DNA from: Nemertoderma westbladi
Taxonomy: Eukaryota; Animalia; Xenacoelomorpha
DNA: 64,000 nucleotides
Assembly (NCBI GenBank): GCA_032718475.1
Contig: JAUCBJ010008029.1
Span: forward strand, 1-64,000
Reading direction: 5' to 3'
The notes below the pieces were generated by a model that made no database searches, had not been told where the DNA came from, and worked only from the letters and a program-made list of their open reading frames with translations. The translations under genes were made by a program, and so were the position numbers. Every line of letters begins with the position of its first letter. Position 1 is the stretch's first letter. Shown one piece after another: positions 62,151-64,000 of the stretch.

Positions 62151-63166
62151 GAGTATGAGGGAAGTATGGAGAGGAGGTGTTGGCGCATGAGGAAGTGAGA
62201 GGATTGCAATTCAAATGTGGGGAGCGAGCAGTAAGAGAGAGAGCAAGGGACAGAGAGGTCCGAGAGTAAGAGTAAGAGTGAGGTTTTTTTTTTAAATTGT
62301 GTGAAAAGAGAGTCCACAATTGTCTCGAACAGAGACATCAGATGTCTTGGTGCAACATAGGTTGCGATTGCACCAAGAAGGGGTAGCAATATCATACCCA
62401 GGGGGGCGGCCTGGAAAGCCAACCCCGAGAAGAGAACTCCACCCCACACCCGATAGTAGATCGGGTTCCAGCGGAATTGAAGCGCACTTGAGGTTGATGC
62501 TATCTTTTCACCGGGAAGATAGCATGGGGGGAGTGTAAGTGGATTCAATTCCACTTCATTACCCACCAGAAAATGGGATAGTGGCATTTTAGCAATATGT
62601 TGGAGATACGAGATTGCCAATATCAATCTCGTATCACAACTAACATTTGGGGGGGGGGGGGGGGGCAACACAAGCCCCGAAGCGACATAGAAAGGAAGGT
62701 TAGAGGTCAAACCACCTCGGAGGGAACACAGCTAGTAGAGGCTAGCAGCAGAGGGGAAACACTCCCAGAGATATTAGCCAATAGGGGGGAGGGAAGCACA
62801 TGATAGGGAGCAGGAAAGCATCCACTGGGTAGGAGGCCAAGGTAGAGTAGGAGGTAAAGCAATTTTAGTGTATTAATCATATATTATCTCCCATTACCGG
62901 TTTGTTATTCAGTTGTGCTATTCAGGCCATTTAGTGCAGACCGGCAATAGTTTAGACCATCATCGACACCACCCTACCAGTAATTATTTTATCTGTATTA
63001 TCTGCAATATTCAACTGTGCTATCATTCTATACGTTAACTAATATCAAAGACAACAGCAATTCATTCTGTTTTCCTAGTCGGCTTCCCCAAAGCCAGTAG
63101 CACAATCCCTAGCAGAACGGTGACGCGTACTTCAACAACCCAGTTGGGATCTTTGATCCCGTCACA

Positions 63167-64000
63167 GGACTCGATTATTATAAATCATGTCCTCTGTTTT
63201 GCATGGCAACAGAGTATGAAAGGAGGAGCGTCGACGACTTGGTTAACATAATGACCTGCAGGCTGTCGTTCACAAATACGGATATCAAGAATGCGCAAGC
63301 TGTGTTACTGTTGTTTATTGTAGACCGCGAGGCGACAAAGAAGTTCGGAATTAAACACAACAACGGTGAGAAAATGAGAGAGAAATATGTTTCAGATATT
63401 CTGAACTTAATTGAGGTGCAAGCCTTTAAGGACCTGGATCCCCACCCACGCTTTGTGGTCGAGGACTTCTCCTTGCTCCCTCCAGTCAACCCTTCTTCAG
63501 TGGTTCTCTATACATTGCTGAAGGAGATGGGGTCTCTAAAGAATCGTGTTAATACTCTCGAGAACATGTCGATCTCGAACAATACGTGTGGCATCGAGTC
63601 GAGAACGATGGCCCAAGTTGTAGCCAGGCGACAGGCAATGGGGAAAGTGAACCTGTCTCGCCAAGCAGGCTTCAGACAACGAGGCGGAGGTCCTCCTTCC
63701 GAGACAGTCAGCGTGCCGGCTCAAAACAAAGTGTTGATGGGTTTACGACTATGGGGCCACGCGGCAAGCACCTGCAGCCTGCTGATTCGGTCAGGAGCAT
63801 TCGCAAATGGCTGGTGCCTTTGATTGGAAAGGGTACCTGGGCCGATATAGGCCTAAAGGGTGTAACAAGGACAAAGAAGTGTAACATATTTGTATCTAGC
63901 CTTCATCCTGATACAACCAAAGATGAACAGACCGATTTTATCTCCAAATCTTTTAAGGTGGAGGTAGTATGTGAGAAATTACAGACCCGGTATGATTCGT
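63167..64000 (+). pseudogene. Degraded CR1/L2-group LINE ORF1, running off the window
   Basis: IINHVLCFA..., DIKNAQAVL, DILNLI, PRFVVEDFSLLPPV..LLKEMGSLK, then RRM-like NIFVSSLHPDTT..CEKLQTRYDS in another frame. Confidence 0.7.

Larger units (their letters stand above)
60988..63166 (+). mobile_element. LTR retrotransposon remnant 2 (BEL/Pao): integrase tail, spacer, exonuclease fragment, partial LTR
   Basis: WWRRLARVVDTYPDEDGRVRSVEVR...YRRAVGK*CLVE matches the BEL/Pao pol C-terminus (DUF5641-type). Ends gatcccgtcaca like remnant 1. Confidence 0.8.

Overview
AT-rich, repeat-dense animal (probably invertebrate) genomic DNA. The only clear host gene is a 10-exon TSC1/hamartin orthologue (+, 694-22525, about 1374 aa). 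All its exon phases join consistently, and one 8-kb intron uses a GC donor. Its introns hold several MITEs, a SINE and satellites, two of which run almost up to splice acceptors. Downstream is a ~17.5-kb 34/35-bp satellite with higher-order structure, interrupted by a 5'-truncated LINE with an intact APE-RT ORF2 (LMDD catalytic motif). The last 24 kb is nested transposon debris: tRNA-derived hairpin and SINE, piggyBac-type elements, CR1/L2 and CRE-type RT fragments, and a foldback element. It ends with two related LTR-retrotransposon remnants, one retaining a BEL/Pao integrase tail. The best novelty candidate is that this LTR family carries an accessory gene 3' of pol, encoding a DEDDy-type 3'-5' exonuclease domain plus Cys/His knuckles. 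That gene shows many synonymous differences between the two copies, and the LTRs share conserved stem-loops. All family assignments come from motif recognition by eye; no searches were run.
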